A DNA stretch of 62,878 nt, counting the filler, from Squatina squatina (Eukaryota): NCBI GenBank assembly GCA_031763465.1. It is 4 parts of 4 records of this genome, joined end to end, with 100 filler letters (N's around TTAATTAATTAA, not from the genome) between each part and the next. Parts side by side here need not be neighbours in the genome. Positions count along the whole stretch, not along the records: positions 46,598 to 62,878 come from JARFOE010480030.1; 3 more parts are not named here. One strand, written 5' to 3'. This document shows, one piece after another, positions 51,321-62,878 of this stretch. The position numbers were made by a program, and so were the translations under genes. Below the pieces are notes generated by a model. It was not told the origin of the DNA. It made no database searches and saw only the letters and a list, made by a program, of their open reading frames with translations. The number at the start of each line of letters is the position of its first letter. Positions within the stretch are counted from its first letter, which is position 1.

Positions 51321-52215
51321 TCAGCCCCTCATCCCAAGGGAAATTTGGGAGCGATACATGATAGGCGGCAAATTCGATACCCCTTGCTACATGATCACAC
51401 AAAGTGAAAATAACCTTCTGTCGAGCCATATTCTTAGGTTCAGTAACAGCAGCAATCGCTGGAATGGCTGCAGGACAATTCCATACCTCCATCACTTTAT
51501 TAACACACCATTCCATTCTTTTCATCAAATATCCTGTTGTTTGGTGTGTTTGGGACATTCCCATCAAGCAATCTGGAAAATTCTGGGAGAAGGCGGATTT
51601 TCTTGGACCGTTTTCAGCAAGGAAACATTTGAGGGTAATCAGAATTTTTTTCCTCTTTTTCGTGTATTGCTACATGGGTGTAAGTGTGGGCCATCAGAAC
51701 TTCGACCTTTTTACACAGGAACACGTGTAGTTCATTGCGCCTGTCATATACGTAAAGGAATAGGCCATTCAGCTCTTTGAACCCGTTACATAGGAACAGG
51801 AGAAGGCCATTAAGCCACGCGTTTATAAATTAATTCTAGGGATCTTGAGAATTGCTCTCGAGAAGGTGGTTGTGATCGGCCTTATGCAACTGAATGTCTT
51901 GCCATTTCAGACTGCATTTAAGGGTTGTTTTGAGTCTTGACACATACAGACCAGAATGTATAAAAATGGCAGAATTACTTCCCTAAAGGACATTCGTGAG
52001 CCAGATTGGCAACTACTACAGTCGAATAGTTTCATGATCACCAGACTGATAGATTTCTATTCGAGGTTTAACTAATTGACTGAATTTTAATTCTCCAAAT
52101 GGCATTTCAACTGACGACTCAGGATCGTGGCTCCAGGCCTCTGGATTACGAGTCCATCACCATAAAATCGATGCTAACTAACCACTAAATACTGTACTCT
52201 GCACAAGACTGTTAA

Positions 52216-52805
52216 ATAGGAACAGGACTAGTTCAGTCAACCTTTCAAGCATGTCAGATAGCAGAAGGAAGACATTATTCGAATCCATGGGCATGTTACA
52301 AAGAGCAGGAGGAGGCCATTCAACATATTCATCCAGTTGCATCATAACAGGATCAGGTCGTTCACACAAATGCACCCGTAACATATGACCAGCATTACAC
52401 CCTGCAGCTCCTCGAGCCTGACACAGAACATTCAAGCAGGCCATTCAGCCTCTGGAACCTGTTAGAGATGAACAGGGGTAGGCCATTCAACCCCTCCAGC
52501 CTGTTACATAGGAATTGTGGTGGACCATTCAGCCCCTTGAGTCAGAGACATAGGAACAGCAGGAAGCCACATTGCCCCTTGATGCAGATACATAGGAAGA
52601 GGAGAACGCCAGTCAGCTCCTCGAAGTATATTTAAAGGAAAAGGAGTCAGCCATTGAGCCACCTCCTCGTGCTGCACAGGAGGAAGCCAAGACCATTCAG
52701 CCCATCGAGCCTCTAACGTATCATCAGAAGTTCGCCATTCAGCCCAGTGAGCCTGTTATACAGGAAGAGGGGGAGTCCATTTAGCCCCTTGAGCCTAATA
52801 CGTAG
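52216..52805 (-). repeat. 42-bp CR1-tail-derived tandem array, 14 units (further units at about 51690-51815)
   Basis: Unit starts at 52216, 52258, 52300, 52341, 52383, 52425, 52466, 52508, 52550, 52592, 52634, 52676, 52718, 52760; consensus approx. ataggaacaggaggaggccattcagcccctcgagcctgttac. Confidence 0.9.
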
Positions 52806-52900
52806 TACTGGATATGATGCCCGGCTATTCAAATTTTTAATTTGTAAAAAAAAATGGATACAAGTGTACTGATAGATTCCATAGTTGATTGCTATAGATT

Positions 52901-53541
52901 GGCCCATAATTTGTAGTCAGATGCGTACCTCTGGAGTATGCCTCCGACAGACTAAAATATATATCTACTTACCTTCAGGCTCCCAGGCTGTGGAGACTTT
53001 GGATTGTGGGCCTGCAGGCCTACGGCTGCTTAAAGGCCCATGGGTCCCAGGGAGGCTGGCGTCCCAGGTATCAAGTGGACCAGGTTATCTAATCACGAAG
53101 GGTGATTCAATTTATGAACTAAATCCCCGTACTGCATATCTGGAATCCCCAAATGATTAAATAAATTTGACAACTGCAATAAAAATAAATGTTCCTATTT
53201 TCAAATTTTAATTAAAATCCCTTCAATAAAGCAATCACAATAAAAATGTAACGTATTGAAAAATAGTTTTAACATTCTAATCCGGGCGAAATTGCATACT
53301 TTTTGTTTTAAGTGTTTGAGCATATTTTTTAGGTTTATATTTTTAATTGAAGCTTTATATTAACCGTTAGGCTGGTGAAAGCAGGCCGTCAACCTGTGTC
53401 TACCAGGCTTTTGACAGATTGCCATTTCTGCATTTTTGCACATGCATAGCGCATGTGGAAGCCCGAACTTGTGGGTCCTTTCTGAAGGCTTACGATGGCG
53501 TACAATGTGCATACACCTCACTGGAATCAAAAATTCTGGGC
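52901..53541. mobile_element. Non-autonomous TIR element, Harbinger-like
   Basis: TIRs ggcccataattt / aaattctgggct; AT-rich core with GC-richer subtermini. Confidence 0.55.
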
Positions 53542-53611
53542 TTATCGACTTTCTGTTTGGGCTGTTACATTTCCTCTTTTTTCAAACGGCTGAAGCCTTC
53601 CTTGCAAAATG

Positions 53612-53810
53612 GAAACATAGAAAATAGGTGCAGGAGTAGGCCATTCGGCCCTTCAAGCCTGCACCGCCATTCAACACTGATCTTTCAACTCAGTACCCTG
53701 TACCTGCTTTCTCTCCATACCCACTGATCCCCCGAGCCGTAAGGGCCACATCTAACTCCCTTTTGAATATAGCGAATGAACTGGCCTCAACAGCTTCCTG
53801 TGGTAGAGAG
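53612..53810 (-). mobile_element. CR1 3' end
   Basis: gaaacatagaaaataggtgcaggagtaggccattcggccc..tctaactccc..ttgaatata. Confidence 0.9.
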
Positions 53811-56137
53811 TAAGCTGAGCAACATTATCAAACTCCTTCTGAAAACCTATATACACTGCATTTGCTACATAGCATTGATCTTTATACTCAAATCTAATAA
53901 AAGGTGTGAAAATTTGTCAAACAGGTTTGACCATCAGCTAATCCATTCCAGCCTCCGCTGATAATCCCCTGTATCTCTAAATTACATAGAATAAGTAGAG
54001 TTAATAGCAATAGGCTACTCGGTCAACAGCGGTAATTAAGCAACACACTGCCACCTCCCACTTTGCTTCATGTCACCCTATAAATATATTCTGCTATTCC
54101 TTTCTCTTTCCTTTATTTATACAGCTTCCCCTTAAATGTGCCTTTCGCCTGAAGTATTCCATGAGGCAGCAGTTTCCACATTCTAAGGAAATGTTCACTA
54201 ATTTCTCCTGCAGTTTTCAATTCGCAAAATGGGAAATATGCGCGCACTTCGTGTGACACCGGAGTACGTTGGATAGCTTTGATGTCTCCTTTGTGGTGAA
54301 TGGGGAATCAGCTATGTAGCAGGATGGAGAGGGCAGCCAGGAAGATAATCAGAGATAAAAGGGATGGAAAGCAGAGGACAGGGAACATCAGATATAGAGC
54401 CGGAGAGTGAATGGATGCAGGAACAGAATCAGGAACCGTGCAGGAGGAAAGGAAGGAAAAGAGGGCAAATAGGATTACAGCAGCGGGGGAGGGACGGACA
54501 CATCAGGAATATCAGGTAGGGACAAGACAAGAAGCACTAGAAGGAGCGGCAGGGAGAAGAGGAAGGAGAATCAGACACAGAGTAGTTGGGAGATATTTTA
54601 TAAAGCTTTATTATTTATGGTAAATGCAAATTATAATTAGGAAATTAATTAATGTTCAGAGATTCTCAGTGTCATAATAAATTGAATCCACTTGCCGATG
54701 TTTTTGAACAATGAGATTACAATGTAAATTTATAACACCGCCAATAATATAAATGGTTTACTTGTTTACCGCACACATTTGCTGATTCAGTTCCAGTAAA
54801 TGAAATCGGAGCCTGATACTCATGCGTGTGAACAACTTGATGAAGGCTGAGACTGTTACTCATTAACTGGAGACTATCTCCCGGAATTTATCATCGTTGC
54901 TCTGTGGTTATTAAATGGCCATCGTTGGAAAATATTTGGTAATCAGTCATGTGATGGGAATTGTAATTGTCCATCTTATTCCAGATCAGGTGAGCATTGT
55001 GAAAAGCCTGACACCGAGATTATTCTCGCCTGGATCAGAGTCAATTACATTCACACAGATTTATAATCTGTGTCAAAGAAACAGCTAATTATTGAAAGAA
55101 CAGTAACATTTGATCACAAGCTAACAGCGACCATTGCCTCTTGCTATCTCTGCCCTTTGAAAGTCCGATAATAAAGACATTTTATGATGAGCCATGAAAT
55201 CAAATTGATGTCACGGATCTGATTCCAACAACAGAACTCGTTCTCTCTGTGGGGTAATTTGAACAGGTGGAAAACCTGGGGTGAATTTAGTCATTGTTAT
55301 AGGCATTTCGTTTAATGAATTTGGTTACAAGATCAGTAATTCATCAGTACAATTCATTGCAAATTAAACAAGATCTTATTCAGACTGAACCCTGCACCAG
55401 AGAGCAGGGTGGGGAGGGGTTGTAATGATCAGTCTGAAGATCGAATTTGTGACTGTGGTGTGGAACTGATCTTTACCAAGAATGTGTCCACCAACTTGCA
55501 GAACCCACAACGTTAATTTATCCGGACTCTCTGGGACCAGAATCAGGAGCCGCAGCAAAAGATAAGGACCAGAATATATAGAGCAACATTATTTCATTTT
55601 AATATAGTGAATTTCCTGTTAATTTGTGCAGTAGTTCACAGATACAGACAAGGTAACAGAACAATAATGGACTGATAACAAAGGATGATTTATCAGGAAT
55701 TAATTTACTGGGAGATACCTCATTCTCATTGAAGAAAAAAAGAACATAATAATTAGGAGCAGTAGTAGGCCCCTCTCACCTATTCTGCCAGTCAATAACT
55801 ACATTTTTCCGCCCGATCTCCATATCAGTTGATTCCCCTAGAGTCGAAAAATCTATCTATCTCAGCATTGAATACACTAAACTATTCAGCATTCAAACAT
55901 TTTGTGGCAGATAAGTCCAAAGATTCGCAACCTTTTGACAATAGAAATTCTTCCACATCCCAGTCTTAGATGGCTGGTTCCTTATCCTAAGGCTATACCC
56001 CAAGTTCGAGTCTCTTCAGCCGGGTGAGGGTGGGATGGAATCCGATCAGCATCTATCCTATCAATCCCCTTCAGAATCTTGCTCGTTTCCCTAAGATTAC
56101 CTCTCACTGTTCTAAACTACAGAGAGTATAGGCCCAA

Positions 56138-57628
56138 GAGGTGGCCATGAAAATAGTGGACACATTTGTTGTCATCTTCCAAAATTCTATAGATTCTGGG
56201 ACAGTTCCTGCACATTGGAGGGTGGCAAATGTGACCCCACTATTTAAGAAAGGAGGGAGAGAAAACAGGGAATTACAGACCGGGTAGCCTGACATCAGTA
56301 ATAGCGAAAATGCTAGAATCTATAATAAAGGATGAGTTAATAGGACACATAGAAAATATCAATGGGATTGGACAAAGTCAACATGGATTTATGAAAGGGA
56401 AATCATGTTTGACAAACCTAGTGGAGTTTTTTGAGGATGTAACTGGTAGAATAGATTAGGGAGAACCAGTGGATGTGGTGTATTTGGATTTTCAGACTGC
56501 TTTTGATAAGGTCCCACACAAGAGGTGAGTGTGCAAAATTAGAGCCCATGGGATTGGGTGTAACATACTGGCATGGATTGAGAATTTTGTAACAGACAGG
56601 AAACAGAGAGTAGGAATAAATGGGGCTTTTTGTGGGCGGCAGGCGGTGACTAGTGGGGGTACCGCAGGGATCAGTGCTTGGGCCCAGCTATTCACAATAT
56701 ATATAAATGACTTGGATGAGGGAACCAATGTAGTATTTCCACGTTTGCTGATGGCACAAAACTGGGTGGGAATGTGAGTTGTGAGGAGGATGCAAAGAGA
56801 CTTCAAGGCGATTGAGACAAGTTGAGTGCGTGGGTAAAAACGTGGCAGATGCAGTATAATGTGGATAAATGTGAAGTTATCTATTTTAGTAGGAAAAACA
56901 GAAAAGCAGAGTATTTTTTAAATGGTGATAGATTGGGAAATGTTGATGTACAAAGGGAGCTGGGTGTCCTTGTAAGCCAGTCACTGAAAGCAAACATGCA
57001 GGTGCAGCAAGCAATTAGGAAGGCAAATGGTGTGTTGACCTTCATTGCAAGAGGATTTGAGTACAGAAGAAAGGATGCCTTACAGTATTGTGTACAGCTT
57101 TGGTCTTCTTACCTAAGAAGGGATATATTTGCCATAGACTAAGTGCAGGGAAGGTTCACCAGATTGATTCCTGGGATGGCAGGACTGTCATATGAGAACA
57201 GTTTAGGTCTACTCCGCCTTTGTTCACTAGAATTTAGAAGAATGAGAGGTGATCTCATTGAAACATATACAATTCTGACAGGGCTCGACAGACTAGATGC
57301 AGGGAAGATGTTTGCCCTGGTTTGCCTAGAACCAAGGTTCAGTCTCAGAATACGAGGTAGTACATTTAGGACTGAAGTGAGGAAATATTTCTTCACTCAG
57401 AGGGTGGTGAAACCATGGAATTCTCTACCATAGAAGTCTGCAGAGACCAAGTAATTGAATATATTCAAGAAGAGAGGTAGGTTTCTAGATACAGAAAGCA
57501 TCAAGGGATATGGGGAGAAAGCGACAACATGGAGTTGAGATAGGGGATCAACCATGAAGTTATTGAATAGCGGAGCAGGTTCGAAGGGCCGAATGGCCTA
57601 CTCCTGCTACTAATTTCTATGTTTCTAT
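56138..57628 (+). mobile_element. 5'-truncated CR1 LINE (RT domain to tail) nested in the minus-strand CR1
   Basis: WRVANVTPLFKKG..QHGFMKGKSCLTNL..DVVYLDF..FTIYINDLDEG..WQMQYNVDKC..(tttctatg) tail. Confidence 0.95.
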
Positions 57629-58543
57629 CTACGTAACCCCTTCTCATAGGATGACCCCTGCATCCCAGGGATCAATCCAGTAAATCTTTGTTGCATCGTT
57701 TCCAAGGCAAGTATATAATTCCTCAGATATGATAACCAAAACGGTGCACAGAACCCGGGTGTGGTCTCACCAAAGCCCTGTACAATTGTAATAAGACTTC
57801 CTTGCAGTTGTATTCCAAGCCCCTTTACAAAAAAGGCTAACACACCTTCCTAATTGTTTGCACTACCTGCATGCTAATTCTCGTTGTTTCATGTATGAGG
57901 ACCCAAAATCTCTCTGAACAATATCATTTAATATTTTTCACCTTTTAAAAATAATCTGTTTTTATATTCTTCTACCCAAAGTGAATAACCACACAGTTTC
58001 CCACATTATATACCATCTGCCGCATTATTGTCCACTCGCTTAACCATTTCATATCCCTTTACAGGCTCTTTGTCCTGCTCACAGCTTACTTTCCCACCGA
58101 GCTTTGTATCAGGAGCAAATTTGGATACACTGCACTCGGTCCCTTCATTCAAGTCATCAATATAGATTGTAACTGGCTAACGCCCAAGCACTGATTGTCG
58201 GCATCAGCTAATTACAATCTATATTTGCAGCACCCCTCGAGTTACAGCTTGCCAACCGGAAATGACTTGTTTATCGCAGATCTCTTTTTTCTGTCCATTA
58301 ACCAATTCTCTATTTATTCGAATATATGACCCCAGTCCCATTAGCCCTTATGTTGCATAGTAACCTTTTATGTGGAACATTATCAAATACATTTTGTAAA
58401 TTCAAATATATTACTTCCACCGGTTCCCCTTTATCTATCCTGCTACTTGCATCCTAAAAATACTAATAGATTTGTTGAACATGATTTTCCTTTCATAAAA
58501 TCATGCAGACTCTGCCTAATAATCTTATGTTTTTTTTCTAAGT

Positions 58544-58975
58544 CTCTCAGAAGGTTGTGTGTTCAATTCCCATGCTAGGGACTTGAGCACATCGATCTAG
58601 CCTGAAACTTCATTGCAGTACTGAGGGAGTGCTGCACTGTCAGAGGTGCCGTCTTTCAGATGAAATGTCAAACCAAGGCCCATACTGCTCTCTCAGTTGG
58701 ATGTAAAAGATCCCACGGCGCTATTTTGAAGACGAGCAGGGGAGTTATGCCCGGTGTCCTGGTCAATATTTATCCCTCAAACAACATGACACTAAAACAG
58801 ATGATCTGGTCATCATCGCATTGCTGTTTGTGAGATTTTGTTGCACGCAAATTCGCTGCCACGTTTCCCACAGGAGAACAGTGAGTACACTTTTAACAGT
58901 AATTAATTGGCTATAACGAGCTTTGAGACGTCCGGTGGTCGTGTAAGGCACAATATAAATCTTTCCAGTTTTTCT
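58544..58975 (+). mobile_element. DeuSINE (SacSINE1/AmnSINE1-like)
   Basis: B-box gttcaattccc; Deu domain ggatgtaaaagatcccacggcgctattttgaaga..ggtgtcctggtcaatatttatccctcaa; 3' gctttgagacgtcc..atataaat. Confidence 0.9.
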
Positions 58976-60109
58976 CTTCCCACTTCCTAATCACGGATTC
59001 CAGACGACTGATGGCCTGCAGTTCCCTGAGTTTTCTCGTCCCGCTTTCTCGAATATTGGTGTTACATTTGCTGACTTCCAATCTGCTGGGACCGTTCCAT
59101 GAATCTAGGGAATTTTTGCTGATTAGAACCAATGCATTCACTATCTCTGCAGCTACCTCTTTTTAGCACCCTTGGATGTAGGCCAGCATTCCATGGGATT
59201 TGACGGCTTTAACTCCCAACTGATAATAATTACTTTAAGTTCCTCACTCTTATTAGAGCCTTGGTTCCCCATTATTTTGAAATGCTCATTTTGCCTTCGA
59301 CTCTGAAGACAGATATAACAAATTTGTTTAAAGTCTCTGCAAGTTGCTTTTTGCCTGTTATAATTTGGACATGGTAATGTTCAAAACCTACTCTGATGGA
59401 TGACAAGTCCTGATTGCAAACCGGTCCCCTTGGAGGATAAGACACATGCAGCAGTTTCTTTTAGCAATGTGCAATTCGAGCCATTCTAATTGCGGGCTCC
59501 AGACAGAACAGAATTCACTGGAACAGACAGGGTAAGACTTTCTCCCACTCCGCAAAGTAGTTCCTTCACATGCCCCACAAGTGTCTGACGTCCTCCCCAG
59601 CCAAAGTTTATGACCTGCTCCTCCAAAGTCTCTGACATTCTCCTTCCACCCAAGTTTCTGAGCTCCTCCCTCCTACCCAAGTGCCTGAACTTCCAACCCC
59701 CGCGCTCCCCATCCAACTTCCTGTCCTCCTTCCCCAGCGCCCCTGTTCCAACCTTTTTCTCCACACAGTCCCCGGGCTACTGACATTCTCCCCCCAACAA
59801 GTTCCTGACCTGCCAACCCCAGCATAGTTGATGCATTGTGTGTGGGTCACCGATTGTTAACAGGTTTATTGGGGTTCAAATGAATAGTAATACGAGCTTT
59901 CCAAGAAATCAACATGGTGTAGGAGGAGGAGAGGTGAACGCGATGCATGTGCAAAGGAGGTGCAGTTGGAACAACGTGATCCGCCTTACAATCTGGATCA
60001 CGTTCTCACTCTCAACTCCTCCAGCCCACCTTTTAGGCCTGGTTCTCGTTCTTCCACCATCCCCACTCTGGTCTCCGTGCTCTTTACCCCCTTTTCCCTA
60101 TTTACTTAC

Positions 60110-60590
60110 CTCCTCTCCTTGAATATCTGACTTCCTCCTCCCAGCCCTCTCTCTCACTCTCCTCCGATCCCCTCTCCCCATCTCCTCCCACTCTCTGCAT
60201 CTCCTCTCTGTCTCTGTCCCTCTCCCCCAGTCTCTCTCTCTCTACACCACTCTCTCTGTCTCCTGCTCTCATTGTCCCCCTCTCTCTTTCATTGGCCCTC
60301 ATCTCTCTCTTTCATTCTCTCTGCCCCCTTTCGCTGTTGCTTTCTATTCCTGCCCCATTCTCTATTTCTGCCCTTTTCTCTGTGCCCCTTTGTATCTGTT
60401 GCAATTTTTCTCTAACTGCCACCTCTCTCTGCCCCACTCTCTCCTTGCCTCACTCTCTCTCCCTCTGTTCCACTCGCATTGCCCTCGCTCTCTTTGCCCC
60501 AAACTCTCACTCCCTGCTCTGCTCTCTCTACCCGGCTATCTCTGCCTCTCTGCCCCATTTACTCTCTCTACCCCACTCTCTCTCTCACAG
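60110..60590. repeat. CT-rich low-complexity tract
   Basis: Predominantly pyrimidine (ct)n-like sequence. Confidence 0.9.
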
Positions 60591-61182
60591 ATACATCTTC
60601 GATTTCCTGTCTCTGAGAAGACAGCGAAAAGATTTGTGTAGATAATTACTGCAATATTCTCAGGCAAACGTTCTGGCAGTTTGTTTTGTACAGTCATTGA
60701 TTTGCGAAAGATAACCCAAAAGCTCTAGCAACAGGCTCAGGCTCGAGCAGCCGCTGCAGACTCAGTAACATGGTTCGGCTCCACCTCCACATTTCTCATA
60801 TATTGGACTGTGCATTCGTGACTGGATCCAATGTGTATGCATAACAGAGGCTGGTCCACCGCATGGTTGTGCAGAAGTACACAACAATGTTCGTTATCAT
60901 TTCTCCTTTCTCAGCCTCCGAGGGACCAATGCTTAATTTTGCCACTCTCCTCCTTTTTACGTACTTGTAGAAGCCCCTGCAAACTATTTTCTTTTTGTTT
61001 CTTGCTTGCTTTCTCTCATTCTATTTTCTCTCTTGTTATCAATCTTTGGCCATCCTTTGCGGGTGAACAGATTAAAGCTTCCAAAGGAAATTTCAGCCGC
61101 TAAAGTACTGCTTCTGCAAATAGTATTCAAGAACATTTATTCTTTATTTCAGGCTTAGGAAAAATTAGTTGGAGTTCGATAC

Positions 61183-61397
61183 CATAGAATCTTGCAATCA
61201 TGCTGCACAGAAGGATGCCATTCAGCATAACTTTCATGTACCAGCTCTTTGAAAGTACAATCCAACTAGTCCCAATCCCCTGCTGTCTCCTCAGAGCACT
61301 GCTAATGTTCTCCCCTTCGTGTATTTAACTAATTCAGAGTAAAATTATTATTGCCTCCACTTCCACCACTCTTTCAGGCATTGCATTCCACATCATA
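61183..61397 (-). mobile_element. CR1 3' end
   Basis: Minus strand MMWNAMPERVVEVE; tail catagaatc..gcacagaagga.gccattc. Confidence 0.8.
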
Positions 61398-62606
61398 ATA
61401 AGGTAAGTGAGCTGTTGGCGCAAATAACCACATGGGAATATGATGTCATGGCAATAACGGAGACCTGGAGCAGAAAAAGGCAGGATTGAGTATTCCTGGA
61501 TAGAAGCTGGTCTGGAAATATATGGAAAGACAGATTGCACATGATGTGGCAGGATTGGTTAAATAGAATGTTACAGTGCCGGAGAGAGAGAGGACGTCCG
61601 GGATGTGATAAGGACAGAATCTATATCGCTAGAGTTAAAAATGATAGAGGTGCCATTAAGTATTAGGTGTATTCAATAGGTCACCATATAGTGGGAAAAT
61701 TATAGAGCAGCACATTTGCAGAAAATTACAGAGAGATGCAAGAACTATAGAATAGTGATGAAGGGGGTATTCAACTATCCTAAAATAGACTGGGATAATA
61801 ATAGTGTAAAGGGTAGAGAGTGTGAAGAATCTCTGAAGTGTGTTCAGGAGAACTTTCTTGATCAGTATGTTTCCAGCTCAATGAGGGAGGAAGCACTGCT
61901 GGATCTGGTTCTGGGAATGAGGTAGGTCATGTGGAGCAAGTGTCAGTAGGTTCAGATTTAATGAACAGTGATCATAGTATCATAAGGATTAACTATGAAA
62001 AATAACAGGCTGCAATCTAGAGTAAAAAATACTTAATTGGAGGAAGGCAAATTTCAGTATAAAGAGAACGGATCTGACCCAGTTAAATTGGAATCAAAGA
62101 TTGGCAGGCAAAACTGTAGTGAAACAATGGGCTGCCTTTAAAGAGCAGATAGTTTGGGTACAGTCGAGGTACATTCCCACGAGGGGGCAAGTTAGGACAA
62201 CTAAAGTCAGACTTCCCTTGATGACGAATGAGAGAGTGAGTAATGTGAATCATATAAAGTGCGCGTACGACAAATGTCAGATTGAGAATACATCTGAGTA
62301 TCAGGCTGTATATCGCAAGTTCAGAGGAGAAGTGAACAAAGGAAATAAGAGGGGCAAGGAGAGCGTATGAGAATAGAATGTCAGCTGACATAAAAGTTTA
62401 TCCAAAAGTCATCTAGACAAGTAGTAAGAGGAGGGCTGGTGCCGATTAGATTCCAAAAAGCAAACCCATGCATGAAGGCAGAGGGTATGTCTGAGGTACT
62501 AAATGTTTACTTTGCATATATCTTCACCAAGGGAGATGCTACAATAGACATAGTGAAGGAGAAGTTAGATGAGATACTGGATGAGATAAGAATTGATAAA
62601 GACAAA
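61398..62606 (+). mobile_element. Degenerate CR1 ORF2 N-terminal region (APE endonuclease and linker)
   Basis: NKVSELLAQI..YDVMAITETW; IVMKGVFNYPKIDW; VQENFLDQYV..REEALLDLVL; NSDH; MSEVLNVYFAYIFT. Confidence 0.92.
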
Positions 62607-62878
62607 GCGCAGCCAATTCGTGTTTTGGGTGTTTCCAGCGCGAAGAGCCAACTTTTGTGCTGGAAATGGGACTCTTAGAAAAGTTTCAGTGAAGACCCCA
62701 ATTAGCCACTTTACAATTTGAGCATTCAAACACGTGCAAACATTAGCATTAAAGGGCCCACACTTAACAGAGCTATTCGTACTCAGCATCAGCATGCAAA
62801 TACCTCAGTTGGCTTAACTGCTTCCAAATACCTAACATCCCACTTCATTGCTTAAAGCTGCTCTTCTCCCACACACAG

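Larger units (their letters stand above)
55742..59367 (-). mobile_element. Older CR1 LINE interrupted by a second CR1 and a DeuSINE
   Basis: 3' end at 55742-56137; ORF2 resumes in register at about 57629 and again at about 58980 after the SINE; many stops. Confidence 0.9.

Noticed and set aside
52216-52805. 42-bp periodic array as a CRISPR array
   Set aside because: No invariant repeat with unique spacers; divergence is spread across the unit, which derives from a LINE tail; vertebrate context and no cas genes
59973-60004. Perfect 10-bp inverted repeat aacgtgatcc/ggatcacgtt
   Set aside because: About chance expectation for a window this size; the stem does not extend
62850-62878. Window ends in an acceptor-like ctcttctcccacacacag
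   Set aside because: No downstream sequence to test, and it may lie within a transposon remnant
46598-62878. Ig/TCR locus (RSS, V segments)
   Set aside because: No properly spaced heptamer-nonamer pairs or Ig-domain exons were noticed on reading

Overview
Draft vertebrate genomic DNA, very likely from a shark or other elasmobranch, judged from its CR1/HER1-type LINE tails, Deu-domain SINEs and Harbinger-type MITEs. It is not prokaryotic, and almost all listed ORFs are spurious (N-gap, low-complexity or transposon derived). Three identical artificial spacers (44 N + TTAATTAATTAA + 44 N) split the window into four segments of about 14-16 kb that need not be neighbours in the genome. Recognisable content is mostly a transposon fossil record: CR1 LINE fragments including a three-layer nest, an RTE 3' end, Penelope fragments with a decayed hammerhead ribozyme, DeuSINE, LF-SINE-like and other tRNA SINEs, two HARBI1-like transposase fossils, a Harbinger Myb/SANT exon, TIR MITEs and several satellites. 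I could not name any host protein-coding gene. The best leads are: (i) a candidate minus-strand gene start in the last segment (HNF4/FOX-type motifs, a short leader exon, and a coding exon MEPEQSRSPGGKGGKGAIKKVINYITGN); (ii) two oppositely oriented 42-bp arrays derived from the CR1 3' tail that keep their register despite heavy substitution and bracket that candidate; (iii) an LF-SINE-like copy and two mosaic SINEs with RTE-like modules. I found no convincing novel multi-gene system. Family names come from recalled consensus motifs, not database searches.
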